Shown: positions 13,601-28,335 of the stretch, piece by piece
Position numbering within the stretch: the stretch's first letter is position 1
Layout: each line of letters starts with the position of its first letter
Assembly (NCBI GenBank): GCA_000934665.2
Contig: KZ538453.1
Coordinates: 1-64,000, forward strand
Reading direction: 5' to 3'
Origin: Catajapyx aquilonaris
Taxonomy: Eukaryota
DNA length: 64,000 nucleotides
Notes under the pieces: model-generated
Database searches by the model: none
What the model was told of the DNA's origin: nothing
What the model saw: only the letters and a program-made list of their open reading frames with translations
Program-made: the position numbers and the translations under genes

Positions 13601-15959
13601 CTTCATTTACCTTTCCTTTCATCGTAGATATTAAAGGCTTTTAAGGCTTCCGGCTGTTCACATCGCCTAGAGTTAATACGATCGCATGCATCAGTATAGA
13701 ATAGATGTAGCAAATGCATATTTATGGGATTATGCATGAATTTATTAACTGTGGATCGTCCAAGCAAATGGTCACATTTGCACTCGACGTGGAACCCTGG
13801 TGGAACTCAGAAAAATAATGTGATTTCAGCTAAATCAAAATTTCCGCATAAAAAAACGACTCCATTGACCAAAAAAGGTAAAGTTCATGTGAGTAAAGGA
13901 TGTGAATGACACCATATTCCAATGATGGCAATCAGTTGATAGGCCTACTATTAATAAAAAGGGAGGTTTTTATCATTTGATTTCTAGGTTTTTGAAGTAA
14001 TCCACTATTTAAATGCTGAAATATGCGTATCATCCGCATTTGACATGACTCCATTTATGTTTTGCATTTGTATGAAGCTTTGCTCAAACTATCCGCAATT
14101 CATCTTTAGTTTTGCCAATGTGCTACATAATGCCTAATACGCGAATATTTTTGTCAACCCTATTGATTCAGGACTTGGAACACCTCAGCTGCAGGTGTGA
14201 TCAAATACAGCGGTCTCTTTAAACTGATTCACTGCATTGTGCTGTGTGAGATGTATAGTTATTACGAGTTACTGCTGGAGGTCAGAAAAACAAGCTGCAG
14301 TACTACTTCTTACTTACAATTGAGTTCGGATTTCTGGTCGATCACCCTCGGGTTGTCCCTACATATTTTAAAGGTCGAAGCTAGGAACAGACCTAAGAAA
14401 CCGTACTTTTTGTAACGTCTGAATATAACTCTTAGCAATTTCACTCCATTATAAACAGCCACGAAAAACTATACAGCTTGTGGGATCATTTTCAATTCGA
14501 GAGTGATTATAACCAGAGCAAAAGAAAAACCTGCTCTAAAGTGGCAGGACCATTCAGGCCTTTCAAATGTAGGGTGTATTTTTAATTGAATTTCTGATGA
14601 CGGTGGCGTATGTTCCCGTGGGTGGTGCTGCTCAACCACAGACAAAAACACGAGGGCTTTATACTCCTTGGACTATAAGAACACACCATGCACCCGCCAG
14701 AAGCAAGCTACAGTTCCCACTCTCTAAATAATTACAACACAGATGCAATTATTATTCTTGAACCAGGTTGTGGCTGAGGTGTGTGTAGATCTCGGGACAA
14801 AATTAATTAACCATTTCGGTGAGGACTATATACATTGCCAGCTGGTACATTAATTCGACAGAAGGGAATCCGGATCTCCGGTCCTGCTGACGTCATTGCA
14901 ACAGAGGGTATTGTTTGGATAAGAAACTAAGACATTGTTTCCATAAGTTTCAAATTGCAATCATGTTTCAGTGGTGTAGCAGCAGGGGATCTAGAATAAA
15001 TTATGGATGCATGAATATGTGTAGTAGGTTGTAAAATGTGAAAATTAATGCGTATGATGTGTAAGCTATACTGCTGCAGGACAAGTATAACTCGTCGTAC
15101 AAGCTGGGGGTAAAAAAGCAATCAAAATCTGTTCACAAAATTGCTGCACAGAAAGACGACTCTTTGTGCAACCAGCATGTAAATTAATAAGGTGATAATG
15201 GGATAAAACAGATGTTATAATATATTAATGCAAATGCAGAGGTGTATGAGCGCTCCCGGCAGGGTGAGTTTGGAGAACAATTTCTGCCGAGGCAACTTTT
15301 TGTATATTTAATGCTTCCCATTTCCCCACTTGCGGCATCTTTAAAATTCTCCAAGGAGGCTTCTACTGACACTTCACTTAAATATTCTGCCAACTTCTGG
15401 GTTGCTAATAATACCGCCCTATTAATTTAAGAAATTACGACCCATACCTATCACACTTTCAACTTTCCCTGCTTCCCTGCCTCTTACAAAAATTCTTTTT
15501 TAGGAATCACTGCAATTAGATGCATGCGATGTTGATTCGTGTGAATAGTTCTCCTAATTTTGTAGGTGCTTTCGATTACATTAGAGTAAGTGCATAAGAG
15601 GCCTCACATTATTGAATTGAATCTGCATTACCTTCATTTTGTAACGTCATAGATGTTTCAACGTGGCACTCAGTAGCTTCAAAATACCTCTTCGTTTTCA
15701 TAGCAGAGGAGCTGCTTGACATCATTACAACTGCTGAGTCCCAAAGTGCAATCTCAATACCGACGTCTTCGTACTATTCTACCAAATCATTAATTAAATA
15801 GCATTTAGTCCGATTTTGATTAGTCTGCACAATGTAGAATGCACAATGAAGAAATAGGATTTACCTACATAATGCAGCTGAATAATTGCAAGTCATTTGC
15901 CACCAATGACGTAATGTTACGACCGTAACTAATGAGGGGTAAAATTATTGAATTATGCA

Positions 15960-15960
<1 letters not shown>

Positions 15961-16031
<71 letters not shown>
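15961..16031. repeat. (ATT)n microsatellite
   Basis: Uninterrupted ATT run. Confidence 0.98.
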
Positions 16032-18251
16032 GCTGCGAGACAACCAGGATGGGTATAGTCCCAATCTGAATTATTCCAGCATGTTTTGTACGAGTATAAA
16101 GCCTTTTATTTTGAATTGCTTTCCATAAAAGGAGGAATTACCTGACGTAACCATCAACTTTGCTTTACATGCTTGTAATCAGGGTGTTACGAAAAAGTTG
16201 AGACCATTATTATTTCTTAACCAAGACTGCACACTGTTCAATACTGCTAATCCTGCACATTGAAAAGGTTTGATAGGGGATTAACCTACCGTTCCATCGC
16301 AGTAGACTGCAGATTATGTCATCTTACTTAATTGTCATTTCGGCACCAAATATTTACCCACGTTGTCGACCAATTCACACGGCATCTCCTGTGTCAACTC
16401 CTCCCATTGTGCAAGAATGAACCTTTTATTCTTGCACCTAATGGCAGCAAGGATGAGTGCTGTTTTATTCACCTTTTGGCTGGTTGAATGCGTGCTGTGT
16501 AGTCAAGCTAGTGGAACGACGTCTCACTTATTTGATCTGTCAAAAGCAACTGGAAAAGCAGCAAGAAAGCTCCCTCAGAAACTGCAAAGGCTAACTCAAT
16601 CCCGACGTGATGTGCATTCATTTTCTTCCAACTGTGCCATTTGGATGCATATCTTTTGATCTGCAATAATGCAGCCCTGTGTGTAGGTGAGTGCTATCAG
16701 CGAAAAAGGTTATGCCCTCAAGCGCTGTTTCCTAAAGAGGCTAACCAGGTGACTGCTGGTATGGTACAGTACAAGAGCTTGTTTGTGATTCTACTAGCAT
16801 GCTACCCTAAATAATGCTTGTCTACTGCACAATAAAAATAATTGTTTCATGATAACTTCTTCCAGATCTTACTGCATCAGCTTTAAACTTATTAATGTTG
16901 CCATGCAGTGTATTTTTCAATTTGCTAATAATCATTATTCAAGTCGCACTTATAATTAATTAGCATAGTACAGTACGTCAAACTTACATGTGTGCGGGAT
17001 ATGTTGATAATGTCTTTCCAAGTGAGGTACAGCATTAGTATAATTAAGTCAGGCTAAGCAGCTCTATCCCCACGTGTGTATTATACCAGTATGAAATCAA
17101 TAAGGATTTAATATTCTGAATATTGCTAGACATAAGGCTGCATAATGCCGTGACGACGTGATGAGTCCTGTCTGGTTTCAAGATAAAGCAGCAAATTGCA
17201 ACTGACATGCTGATATGCCTAATCAATTTCCTGCCTTATATCTGAAAAATCACCTTGGTGCATTGTTCAAATTACGCAGCTTGCTTAGCCTATTAATTTG
17301 ATTGCATTTTTGGATCAATATAAACAACCTTTGAAACGCTCTTCTTCGTCCTAGCATACACGTAACACCCAAGTCAGTCACACCCTCCAGTTTGCATAAG
17401 CAACAGGAGCAAATCCCAAACATCTCAAGAGCAACAGGGTTCAGAGGTTGAGAAACTCCGTAATGACGTAGGTTATACGCCCTACGATGCACAATAGATG
17501 ATTGATACATTGTGCAATATTGGCGTCATAGTGTGGGCTAGGTTCGGAAGGGGGTGGGTTCGGGTTGTTGGACACAAGATCCTTTTCAGTGCCCGTGGTG
17601 AAAAGGAGTTGACCAGTTGATAATTACGGCCCAAGAGTGGACTCTGGCCGCATATACCATAGGCCTTTGATTCTCTTCTTTGTGGGAGGTTGCCAGCCTG
17701 CCTATAGATCCTCCAACATTGTTCACGGTGGCAGCAAAATAATGGGGGATGTGTGGTAGAGAAGAGGGGGGGAAAATAACAGGATATGGAACATTCTTGT
17801 CCACGTCATAATGCAGCGATGGAGGTATTTTTACCACATACTATTACATTATGTCGATGCAACTGGGTCTGGAAACATCGCTGACGATCGTTCCAGTTGA
17901 TTCTGAAAACAAGGTGCGGTGTGCATGTGGGACTTTCGAGGTGTACTGAGGTGGGAAGAAAAATCCGGACCTTTTTGTCTGAACGACGGTGAAGATCGAC
18001 CAATTCGGAGGAAGGAAATCTGACAGGAAGAGACAATATCCGGGCTATCTCCCCCAATGCCTCTGGCCTGCCATGGCTGCTTTTTGTGCACTTTTTGCTT
18101 CAAAATATGCCTGTGGGAAACAAAGAACACGTGTGGCTATTTGTTGCTTATTAAATAGTCCACATATCATCTGACGCATAAGCTTAATATTGACACATTG
18201 CAAATGGGATGTTCGGTTGGTTGTAACTTGGCTGCCACCATATATATTATA

Positions 18252-18689
18252 CAGGGTGTATCAAAACTCTACCATAAGCCATATGCCAATGGCATAAGGG
18301 GCACCAGAGCATCATTATATGTAGAGGGGTCATCATCTCTAGGCCGCCTCATTACGGAGATAATTGCCTTCAAACACGTAGTACAAAGTATCCTGGGAGG
18401 TATGGAAACCTGCAGCCCCGACAACGCATCACTCGTGAAAATAGCAGCTTTTCCATTTAGCTACTATCATGTCGCATGTGTACTGCATGCCGCATGTGAT
18501 CTGTGACAATTTGTGACCATCTGTGACAATCTGTGACAATCACTCTTAGGCCCAATTGCTAAAACGCAAATGATCAATTATCTCAGTAATGAGGCTGCCC
18601 AGACATAATAACTCCTCTACATTAATTGATCCCCTGGTGCCCCTTATGCCATTGGCATATGGCTTATGGTAGAGTTTTGATACACCCTG
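18252..18689. mobile_element. Tc1/mariner-type MITE with long terminal inverted repeats
   Basis: TA|CAGGGTGTATCAAAACTCTACCATAAGCCATATGCCAATGGCATAAGGGGCACCAG ... exact reverse complement ending GATACACCCTG|TA. Arms continue imperfectly inward. No transposase ORF. Confidence 0.92.
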
Positions 18690-19659
18690 TATACGGCATA
18701 ACTTGCTCCTGGTTCACTGTAGCCATTATTATTATCACTGCTGTTCTGATTATATTGCATAAAATAATATTGTCTTAAAAACCAAACATTATGAATAATG
18801 AAAAATTAACAGTGGTTATTTCCAAAATGATTGCAATGTGGCGGATGTATTTTTATGTATCGCTATCATTATGAAACACAGTGACCTGAAATAAAACTAT
18901 CCGCAATGTAGATGTTTCACAGAAACTTTCAGAAAGAAAATATTTGAACTTTTGCCGGCCTTTTCAGGTGGTAATTAGTGAGTAAATGTCAGAACATTAA
19001 ACAACAAGAAATACTGTACAGTGATGCATGAGCCCGCTGTGCTCTGGAAGGAGCTGCTGTTTAAGTGAATTAATTAATATAAGTGTGTCACTGCTTTTAA
19101 TGTGTCAGCCTACGCTACGGTACTGAATTATCACTTCTGTTAGTATTACGTTGGTAAGCTGCTAATGAGAGTAAGAATTAACTATGGTAGTTTTTCATGA
19201 AATTTATATTGGCTACTGAACACTGATGAATATTTATGTATAAAACTTTTGTGAAGGGTATAAATTACCAAACGGGAAAAAATAATTAAAGCATTTATAG
19301 AATATGATGTTGGAAATGTGTTCCCATGAACTACACACTGCATTTATAATTATGAATGCCATCTTTAGAAAAAAATAACCTTTACAGTAGGTCTACTAGT
19401 TATGCCTGAATGGATGTAATTTTTATGTCCACACCGCCGTGAGAGTAGAGTTTGTAAAGATTTTTCGTGAAGAGGCAATCAACCAGTGGCTAATTGAGCG
19501 TAAGGGGCTTGAGTTGGAGGGTAGCCCACATTGTTTCCCATTTTCTCAGTAGTGACGATCTGAAGAAAGCTAAAAACTAATGATTACAGATAATTTCACG
19601 CATATACAGGGTGGTCACGAATTCGTCTGCCAAAATGATGTGGGTGGTAGGAGGTACTG

Positions 19660-20075
19660 TACATATCGAAGAAGAATGGCATGGGTCCGAAAGGTCGGCG
19701 ACGATCCATCTGCGGAGATAGTCCAGCCAGTCCAGGAACGGAATTGGATAGTCCAGGCTAAATACCGACGTTCCACATAAGTGCGATTTTATTTGTCTGC
19801 CTTGTTGGAGCGTATTAAGACGGATCTTACTACAGTAGTTTACTCCAAGGGTAGGTGGGACGGGATGTGCAAAGTGCATGTGCGCTGTCGTTGAGCGGTC
19901 ATTTTGTGAACTCCCCCCGGGGATGGATTAGTCTTTAGGAAATATTTCCACCCGAAATGAAGCCAGAGATGGCCCAACTCTGCGCGGATAAAGGTGGGAA
20001 CCCCGGGTGGGGATTGAACCCGGGACCTTCATATCCGTGGGCGCGCGCGTTACCGCGGCGCCACTTCATCTCCCC
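19660..20075 (-). mobile_element. tRNA-derived SINE (left boundary approximate)
   Basis: Minus-strand head with A box TGGCGCCGCGG (20063-20053) and B box GGTTCAATCC (20020-20011). No convincing tRNA cloverleaf; followed by non-tRNA body. Confidence 0.65.
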
Positions 20076-22668
20076 ACTGATCAGCATAATTATTATAGAC
20101 CCATGATTTTCAAATCGTCATTGTAGAACTGTGCATCTCTAGATGACGAAATACGTACTATTCCCGGAGCCTTGAGAAGGTCAGCACTCTTTCTTGGTAC
20201 ACAGTCATATACCGATATACGATATACCTTGAATATTAAACTGTTTGCCTTAGAAAAACTATTCCTCGGCTTTTGAAACTTAGAAGCTCTGCTTGCTATC
20301 AGACATCATATCAGATGCCATAACTGCATGCTAATCTTACTCAACCAATGTGAATATCTTAATCCATAAAGTTGGACATTTATTGGTGACATTATTTTTG
20401 AACATGGAAAATAGTTAACTTTATGGCTCATGCAGTAGTATCCTTCCGCCTCCCTCCCTTCCAAATGGCCAGCTAGGGATTGTCGCCTTACCAATAATAA
20501 TCCCCCACAGTCTCTGTATGTTCATGACTGTGACCTATGATTTTTATTACTCCCAAGTGACGGTCATGCAGAAGGCAGTTTTGGACTGTCACTGACAGTT
20601 AGTGTGTGATCGGCGTAAAAATAAAGACTATAGATAAAAATGCATATTATTATTCTTCTAACCCATTTTAGAGCAAAAAATTGCACTGCACTCTATGGCC
20701 AAATAATATGGACAATGGCTCATTTCCCTACTGCCAGCGAATTCTGGACTCTACAGCGAACATTTCTACGTATCCGATTGGACTTAGAATGCGAAATAAT
20801 CGTGCGCATTTACTATTTTATGTGGAAAACATTTTGTAATCAGTTGCCCAAAAGTTAGAGTTGGGGGCTTTTGCATTTTTTATTGATTATTATAATATTT
20901 TTACCATACACGTGAAAGTCTGGTTTTAATGCCACAGTTATATAATAAATTAGAGCCGCAGTGAGATGACAAAGGACAAAAATAATACAACACCCGCTCT
21001 ATAGGCCTCGTGACCTCCACGCACGACTAACTTTGTTTATTATTTTGAATAGCCCATGCATTTGTTAAGTGTATCTAAATTATTGTTTAAAACCTGGTGC
21101 ATGCACTGCATTTGCATTCTCACAATATCCAAAAACGGGGGCTTTATACATTTCCATGGCCTGTGGAAGCTCGAGTAGCCCGAGGGGCATTGAGAAAACG
21201 GAAGTGACGCTGTGAGTTGCATCGCGGCTATCTCCTAATTTTCTCCCTTGGTTAGATTGCACCTTGACAAGCCTTTGTCGCTCTCCCATGCGTGCAAATT
21301 TGTTCACGGATTAAGACATATTATAAGGGACTTGAAACCAGCTGGCTCTTTTTTCATTGCTCAGGCCTTTGTGGATACAAGATTACCAGCTTCGCCCACC
21401 GTCTGATCGAATCATACCCACCGCTTTATTGGGAACACTAACTTTACAAACCACTATATGACATAGCACCAGTGTAGTCTACGTGGTCTTGCATGTGTGC
21501 ATAATATACAGTCTATACTGCATGTGGTAGGTTTACTGGTGCTGCGGAACCTGAATCCTGGAATGAAATTAGTCTTTATGCCTGGAAATGTTCATCAGGC
21601 CGTATATTGTTGTGGAGAATCAATTAGGCTTACCTACTGTTCATACAAGCAGATGCAGACGTTGCCTAGCGGAAACACTACAGGAGATAATATGGATAAT
21701 TTAAATTATTTTTTCTGCACGTATATAGAATTAAACAGACAATATGAAGATGTGAAGTTAAAATCGTAATAGCAAAGTATATTCCACTACGTGTGGAATA
21801 CTATGACTGCTCACCTGCAGTCACATATCTCGTTTTTACGCGGTACTGAATATGCCCTAACAATCAGGGGAAGCTAACAAAATGTAAGCAACCGACTCTG
21901 ATTAGTTGTTTCTTTTACAATGGTGCGAATAAAGTTATTCTTAGCGACACTTTAAAAACCAACATTTTGACACACAAATGCTATTTCATTGGTTAATTAC
22001 GATCACTTAATTATCATCATCACAGCACTTAGCGGCAAGTAATTAAGTTTCCCAGAATGGGTTGGCTGAACAGATTACGAGGAGCAGTAAACTGGCGGTT
22101 AGAGGCGGCTATAATTTTCTTACTGGTCACCCAATTTCGCTTTTACAAGGGAAAAATGAGGCTATAACAGAATCGTCCACGACCAAGATACGATGCAATC
22201 CGAGGCTTCTTATGAAAAACTGGACCATTTACTGCGAGGTTTACACGTAACTCAAACGACTGCTCTGGGATTTTTGCCCTCGACTCTCAAAATTTACGTC
22301 GCTTATTGTCGTATGATGTAGCATTAAGAAAGTGTGGCCCATCTCGGCATCTCCAGTAATGTGCATACCATGCATGGAGAATCTTACATAAGCATTAATA
22401 AATATATTCATGAAAATAATGCAAGTATTGTGGCAGCTATTATGACCGTATCGTTTAATTTTTATATTATACATATTGAAATCTGAATATTACTTTGGTA
22501 TGACATAAATATTAATTTTAATGACTTCTCATTAAAGCGTCAGGTATATTGCAGTCCTATATAAGAGGAATTCAAAATTTAGCTACGATATAATTAATAT
22601 ATGACTTTCCTCAACGAAAACAATGCATTATTTTCATTCTGATTGCGGTTTTTGGATTCAGTATTAAT

Positions 22669-22670
<2 letters not shown>

Positions 22671-22742
<72 letters not shown>
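22671..22742. repeat. (AAT)n microsatellite
   Basis: Uninterrupted AAT run. Confidence 0.98.
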
Positions 22743-25700
22743 TGTGGGATGGTGCTCACCCTTTCGGGCATCAGCACAGACCTTTATTATTATTAAATCC
22801 GTACATGTTGGAACCTTTCACGAATCGCCCGGGCCCACGGGGATTATTAATTATTTTGCTGCCAAATTTGAATTGGGTTTCTCAGTTTGCTTTTATTCAT
22901 AAATCAGTTTTATTTTTGCCTTTTAATAAGCTTTTACACTCAATAATTTCATTGAATATGCAAACAGTGGATGCGCTGCAGTCGACATAGTCATGCAATT
23001 CTCCGCATTTTTCAGTAGCCTCTAGTATAGCGTAGTGTGGATGCTGTGAAAAAACGATAAATCGATATTGTCACCACTACCTCTACCTGCTCACAAATAG
23101 TTCTCTTCATTTTGGTAATACACTGCATAACTGAGGGAATTACAAGCCAAGTCATAATCGATTAAGGTTGCTTATGCCGCCCACTTGTAGGCGGTTCAAA
23201 AAAATGACTCCCAAGGAACAATCTCTGCCGCGGATTTCGGATTCCAATGGCCTGGTTGAGGAGGTTTGTAAGCTCAAAGGACCTAGACACTTTTCTCATT
23301 CACTACCCCTTTACTTTGCATGTGGTGAAGAGTCAAAGTGGAGCATTTCCACTTGGCTTAAGGGAATGAATTTTGATTAAGATTTAACCTTACTGTTTTT
23401 ATTACAGTACAGTAATGAATAAAATGAGAGAATGATGTTACAGAATCCTTACTGGTTGTTACGTATTATATTAAGTAGTTATAGTAATAATTACTCCCCC
23501 TCCCCATAATATATTATTATTATTATGGGGAGTTGGAGCTTTCGGCTGAAGGGGATAAGTCAACAATCTATATATGAAGCTGCAATGATGACAATGTTGT
23601 TTTTTTTCTGACATGTTATTAGAAAATAATGATGCAGTAATAACAACTTGGTCTATGATTAATGGTATATACTTTTACATAAACATTTAACTAGGATAAG
23701 TAGAATAATTGCCGCCTCGGTTGCAGATATAAAAAATAATGTCCGTGGCTTTGTCCATGTAAGTGTTCTCAAAGTTACTTCTGCGACAGCGTCAATCCCA
23801 CCGGGACGAAAGCCAAAGTTCCATTGCGTGCGGTAATTAATATCATAAAAGGCTGACTTAAAATATATAATGATTCATGACATTGTCGTAATTAGTGCAA
23901 TATAATTTAGAAAAAACCCTGCTAAAAAGTAATCAAAAATCATGTGCTCGCGACTTGTTCTCTAAAATTATTTGAAGGCTAACGAAATTGAATAAAAAAC
24001 CATTCAAACACACTAATTCAGAGTTGATCCGACTGTGTTCTCTTTTGCTAAATAACATTCTATAAGTTATTAGTCAATAATTTTTCACGACTAGTTGCCT
24101 AGCCTCTCTATACAGGGAGAAAAGACATGTTCAAGAAATTTGTATTTCTTCACAATAAACCTCTCGCGCCACATCTTTCTAAGAGCACCCTCAAGAATAT
24201 ACAAGATGTCTCCAAGATAATGATACTCGTTATTTCAAAGCGGTAGGCTATGAGGCACTTGGGTACTATTACGGATCGAAGTCCTCTTATGGGACTTTTC
24301 CACAATACGCCATTCAAGGGCACGTATGAGGGCTCAGACTGTTATTTCTAAAGCTCTTTGATCATTGCTATATAGCCATATGCTTGTAAAGTTACACTAT
24401 AATGATAGGCTGCACCTGGGAAGAGAGAATGACACCACAATTGCATTTGACTTTAACAATAATTTAGACACTGGTAAATTTTTATTTTGGCAATTTGTAA
24501 TGAATATGCGCATATTTTGCCCACTGGTCCAATTAAAATTTATGTACAACGATCAGCAAAAATCATCACAATATATCTTTATATCAGAGGTAGTCATCTA
24601 TGCAGGTGACCCTGGTTAAGTTATTAATAGTAACATTCAGTGACGGATGTAGCACATCAAACAACAACAATCAACAATGATGACAATGTTGTGTTTTTTC
24701 TGACATGTTATTAGAAAATAATGATGCAGTAATAACAAGTAAGACAATGTAACAATCAACAAACAACAATCAAACCAAACTTTCAAACAACCACAATCTA
24801 AACCAATACTAACCGGCCTGCCTACCACCAGATAATATTATGCGCATCGCGCATGTAAGCCTGCTATTGCTCAACATGACCACACCGGGGTGGGATTGGA
24901 CATGAACCATATCTTGAATGTCTTTCATCCTAAAAGGGAAATCATATTTCGGACGATAATAAGTATTTTATGGTCTTTCTTCGGAACATGCCGGTTTAAT
25001 CGCTGGAAAGTGGCCAAAATTGTAAAAAGAATAGATAACTTGTCAGATAAGATGAAGCTTACACATTTGTATTGTAACGAGTTTATCATTGTCTTTAAAT
25101 TACACCGAAGTACTACTACACCGACCAAAATATGAATGCAGTGACTCGTTCATGCGTCTATTTTGTGGTCTATTCTATGATATGAGTGATACTACCAGCG
25201 GCATATTCCTCACTTGCCACACAAGAAACTTGCACCGCAGGTAGTTGGACTCACAGGATATCATAGCATGATTGGATAAGTATGTTTGAAGTTATTTTAA
25301 TTCAGCTAATGTAGTCCATAAAAACTGCTAAGTATTGTCATAACTTAATTCATTGTTAATGACTTATTTCCTAACGACTGTGACAACTGGCAAAAAAGTT
25401 CGAAAGATATGCCACGTGTCATCTTTTAGTTGTTATAGCTGGCAAGTCGTAGTAATGTAGCAGCCTGTAAATTGAAAGCATATGATTAGTCGTCAGCAAT
25501 GTCACATGCACTGAATATGTTACAGATAATTTATTTTGAGAAATATAAATATCATCTCGGGGAGCTTCACCAGACTCGTCATTCAAGTATAATACAAGGC
25601 AATCAGGTGCCCATCCAACGCAAAATGAAGCACAACTTTAACCAAACACCAGGGTGTAAAAATGTTTACTGTTTACTTTACCCCCATTTTCTATCCTAAA

Positions 25701-25889
25701 TCGACCACAACTTTCTGCAGTACTAATACAGTATACAAAAGTTGAGTGCCTGCGTGGGGCAAGTAGGCCTATAGGAAGAAAAAAAAACAGTTTATTTTAG
25801 CTACAAAACTTTTCCTGGGCAGCAGTTAGATAGATAGTGAATCTGGATGGACACACATGAAACACGAAAATGTAATCTCCTAACCAGAG

Positions 25890-26171
25890 GAGCTTGACGT
25901 CCATCCACCTGTTGGGACGCCTACGTTCTCCGGCTGAGAATCACGTTAGAGCCTGCATGGGGGGAATGGATGGTGGTGGGTGGCGGTGCAGGTGGGTGGC
26001 TTGGGATGGGGCCTGATACATCACGTGCTTCCAACTTGCCGCCAATGACGCCCGGACTTGCCCCGGAACCACCCCGTATAAAATGGAGAGCGCAGGTTGT
26101 ACTCAACCCGTTTATTTGTCCGACTGATAAAGAGTGTTCTACATAGTCGGGCTTTCCTCCTTACGAATAAG
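25890..26171 (+). promoter_or_regulatory. Probable CCAP promoter and non-coding exon 1
   Basis: TATAAAA at 26077-26083 in a local GC-rich patch with CRE-like TGACGTC (about 25895), TGACG (about 26046), E-box TCACGTG (about 26021) and CCAAT. Strong donor AAG|gtaagc at 26171. The CCAP ATG exon starts with an acceptor at 29958, so an upstream UTR exon is needed. Confidence 0.6.
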
Positions 26172-28256
26172 GTAAGCAGACAGTCCTCTACTTTCACTTA
26201 CACATCTCTTTTCTTGATGATGAAACTAATTTGTCGCTTCAGAACTTGCCCTACACATTCTGATGCTTACTAACGACCTGTATTGTGTTGTAAATGATTT
26301 TGTACGTATACTGTAGTTTAAGGGTTCTACTTTTGTAGCAAAAGGATGTCGTTCCTCATTTAACTGCAAGTTAGAGATGAAGAGAAGAACTGTTGCGTGA
26401 CTAACAAGTTCAATATTTCGCGTTCGTATGATAAAACATACATGAACATACGTTTAGAAAAGTACAGAGGACTTGAACAGCTTCTTCTATAGTAGACAAC
26501 TGGAGTTGATTTCCTTTGATGCAAACCGAAATAATTTTATTGTGTTGAGTGAAAGTTAGGGGTTATTCTAGAATATCTTGAGAGGTAGGCCTACACACCT
26601 ACTATTATAAGTTAGATGATAGTTTCTCAAGATTATCTCGGTTATTTTAGCAGGTGATCCTTGTAATACTGTATGTTCAAGCGGCTTCGAATACCACGAA
26701 AGTTAAGTTCTTTTTAGAATGCAATGAATGATGTGACAGTGTACGGACTTACTAATAAAACTGGGCTTCACATTATTTTGGCTCCATTGATACTATAGGC
26801 ACCCGAAGTGCCATGATTTAAAATCATGAAGATGCGATAGGTCCTTAACGCTAAATATTCGGAAAGTAAATATTGCAGTTAATCTCGGCGAATGATGTCC
26901 TTAATCTGAGGGACCAATTTGCCTATATTTATGGACACATTGCCCATTGTGTAGGGTAGTATTACCAAGAAATTGTGAAACCCTCAATATTGATGCTCCT
27001 CATATTGCTTCTAATCAAAAATTCATTGACTTGCTAAAAATCGTGCCAGAAAACGAGTATAGAGACCATTATTAATGCTTAATAAAGATTTAAATTATCC
27101 CACACATATCAATATTATATAGGCATTCAGAGAAAGTAGTCCTGATTATTCATTAATCAAGTTGTGTCCTTCACGCAAAACTAAGTTCATATTGAACAAA
27201 CTAAACTGTAGAGAGGGTGGTGCCAAAGGAGCACATTTCCTCTCGGACCTAGGTTCCTTGAGACGAAATTACCCTAGTTGATTTTGGCAATTTCTGCTCC
27301 ATTATGGAGATAATGGTATGTTAAGGTTACACACATACATAATGGATTATTCTGCTGCTTCTGCAGCCTTTATGGGACATGGGTCACCTGATGCACAGGA
27401 GGACCTCCATTACATAAATATGTAATCTTAACATGCCGTTACCTCCTAACCACCTAACGGATTCAAAATCGCCAAAATCAACTTTTTCACCTTAAAACAA
27501 ATCGAGAAATCTATAGGTCCTAGAGGAAGTGCGCACCTTTGCCACCACCCTGCATATTCATGAGTAGTTGACATTGTATACTTTTGGTATACGGTATAGG
27601 TTGTAATGCCAAGTCTGCTGTAGTCAGCAGTATATAATAAATGGAGAGCGTGGCGTGTTATTACTGTGTGATCAAATAACTGGCCCTGACACGCATAAGG
27701 TAAACTAATCTGCATGACTCTGGCAATGCCACGAGTTACAAATAATCAAAGGACCAAAAGGAAGCAACAAATCAACCAATGAATTACGCAATATTAAGAG
27801 TTTAGCAGATAAACGAAAAGACAAACCTAAGAACTTCAACCTCCACTGTATATACGTAAATGGACCGTGCAAAGTTTTCCAGTCCTCTGAGGAGCTCTGT
27901 TTGTTTCTAACTTAAAACTTGGATTAGATTATTCGTGCACACATGAATATTGGATCGAGAGTCAAAGCACGAAAACAACTTAATACCAAGTTAAGAAACT
28001 TTAATCGGATTCCAAGTCACCATCGGAAACCTCCTTTGGAATGATTAGTCTTGGGAGCGTTCCCCTTTCATCGGCGCCTCTTCATTTCTTTCAGCCGCGG
28101 TATCATTGTATAAATCGTGGATCAGTCTTCCGACCTAGAAACCTGCTGGCAATGATCATTACATTAATGAGGTGGTGCCGTTCAAGTTCGCACACTTTGA
28201 CGTACCCTGCCGTCGTCATTCTTGCCAACTTCAAAGTAATGAATTAGGTTGCTGTG

Positions 28257-28262
<6 letters not shown>

Positions 28263-28330
<68 letters not shown>
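28263..28330. repeat. (GA)n microsatellite
   Basis: Uninterrupted GA run. Confidence 0.98.

Positions 28331-28335
<5 letters not shown>

Noticed and set aside
20000..20075. tRNA gene candidates (also 53185-53250 and 53565-53640)
   Set aside because: A and B boxes are present but stems do not pair; interpreted as SINE heads.
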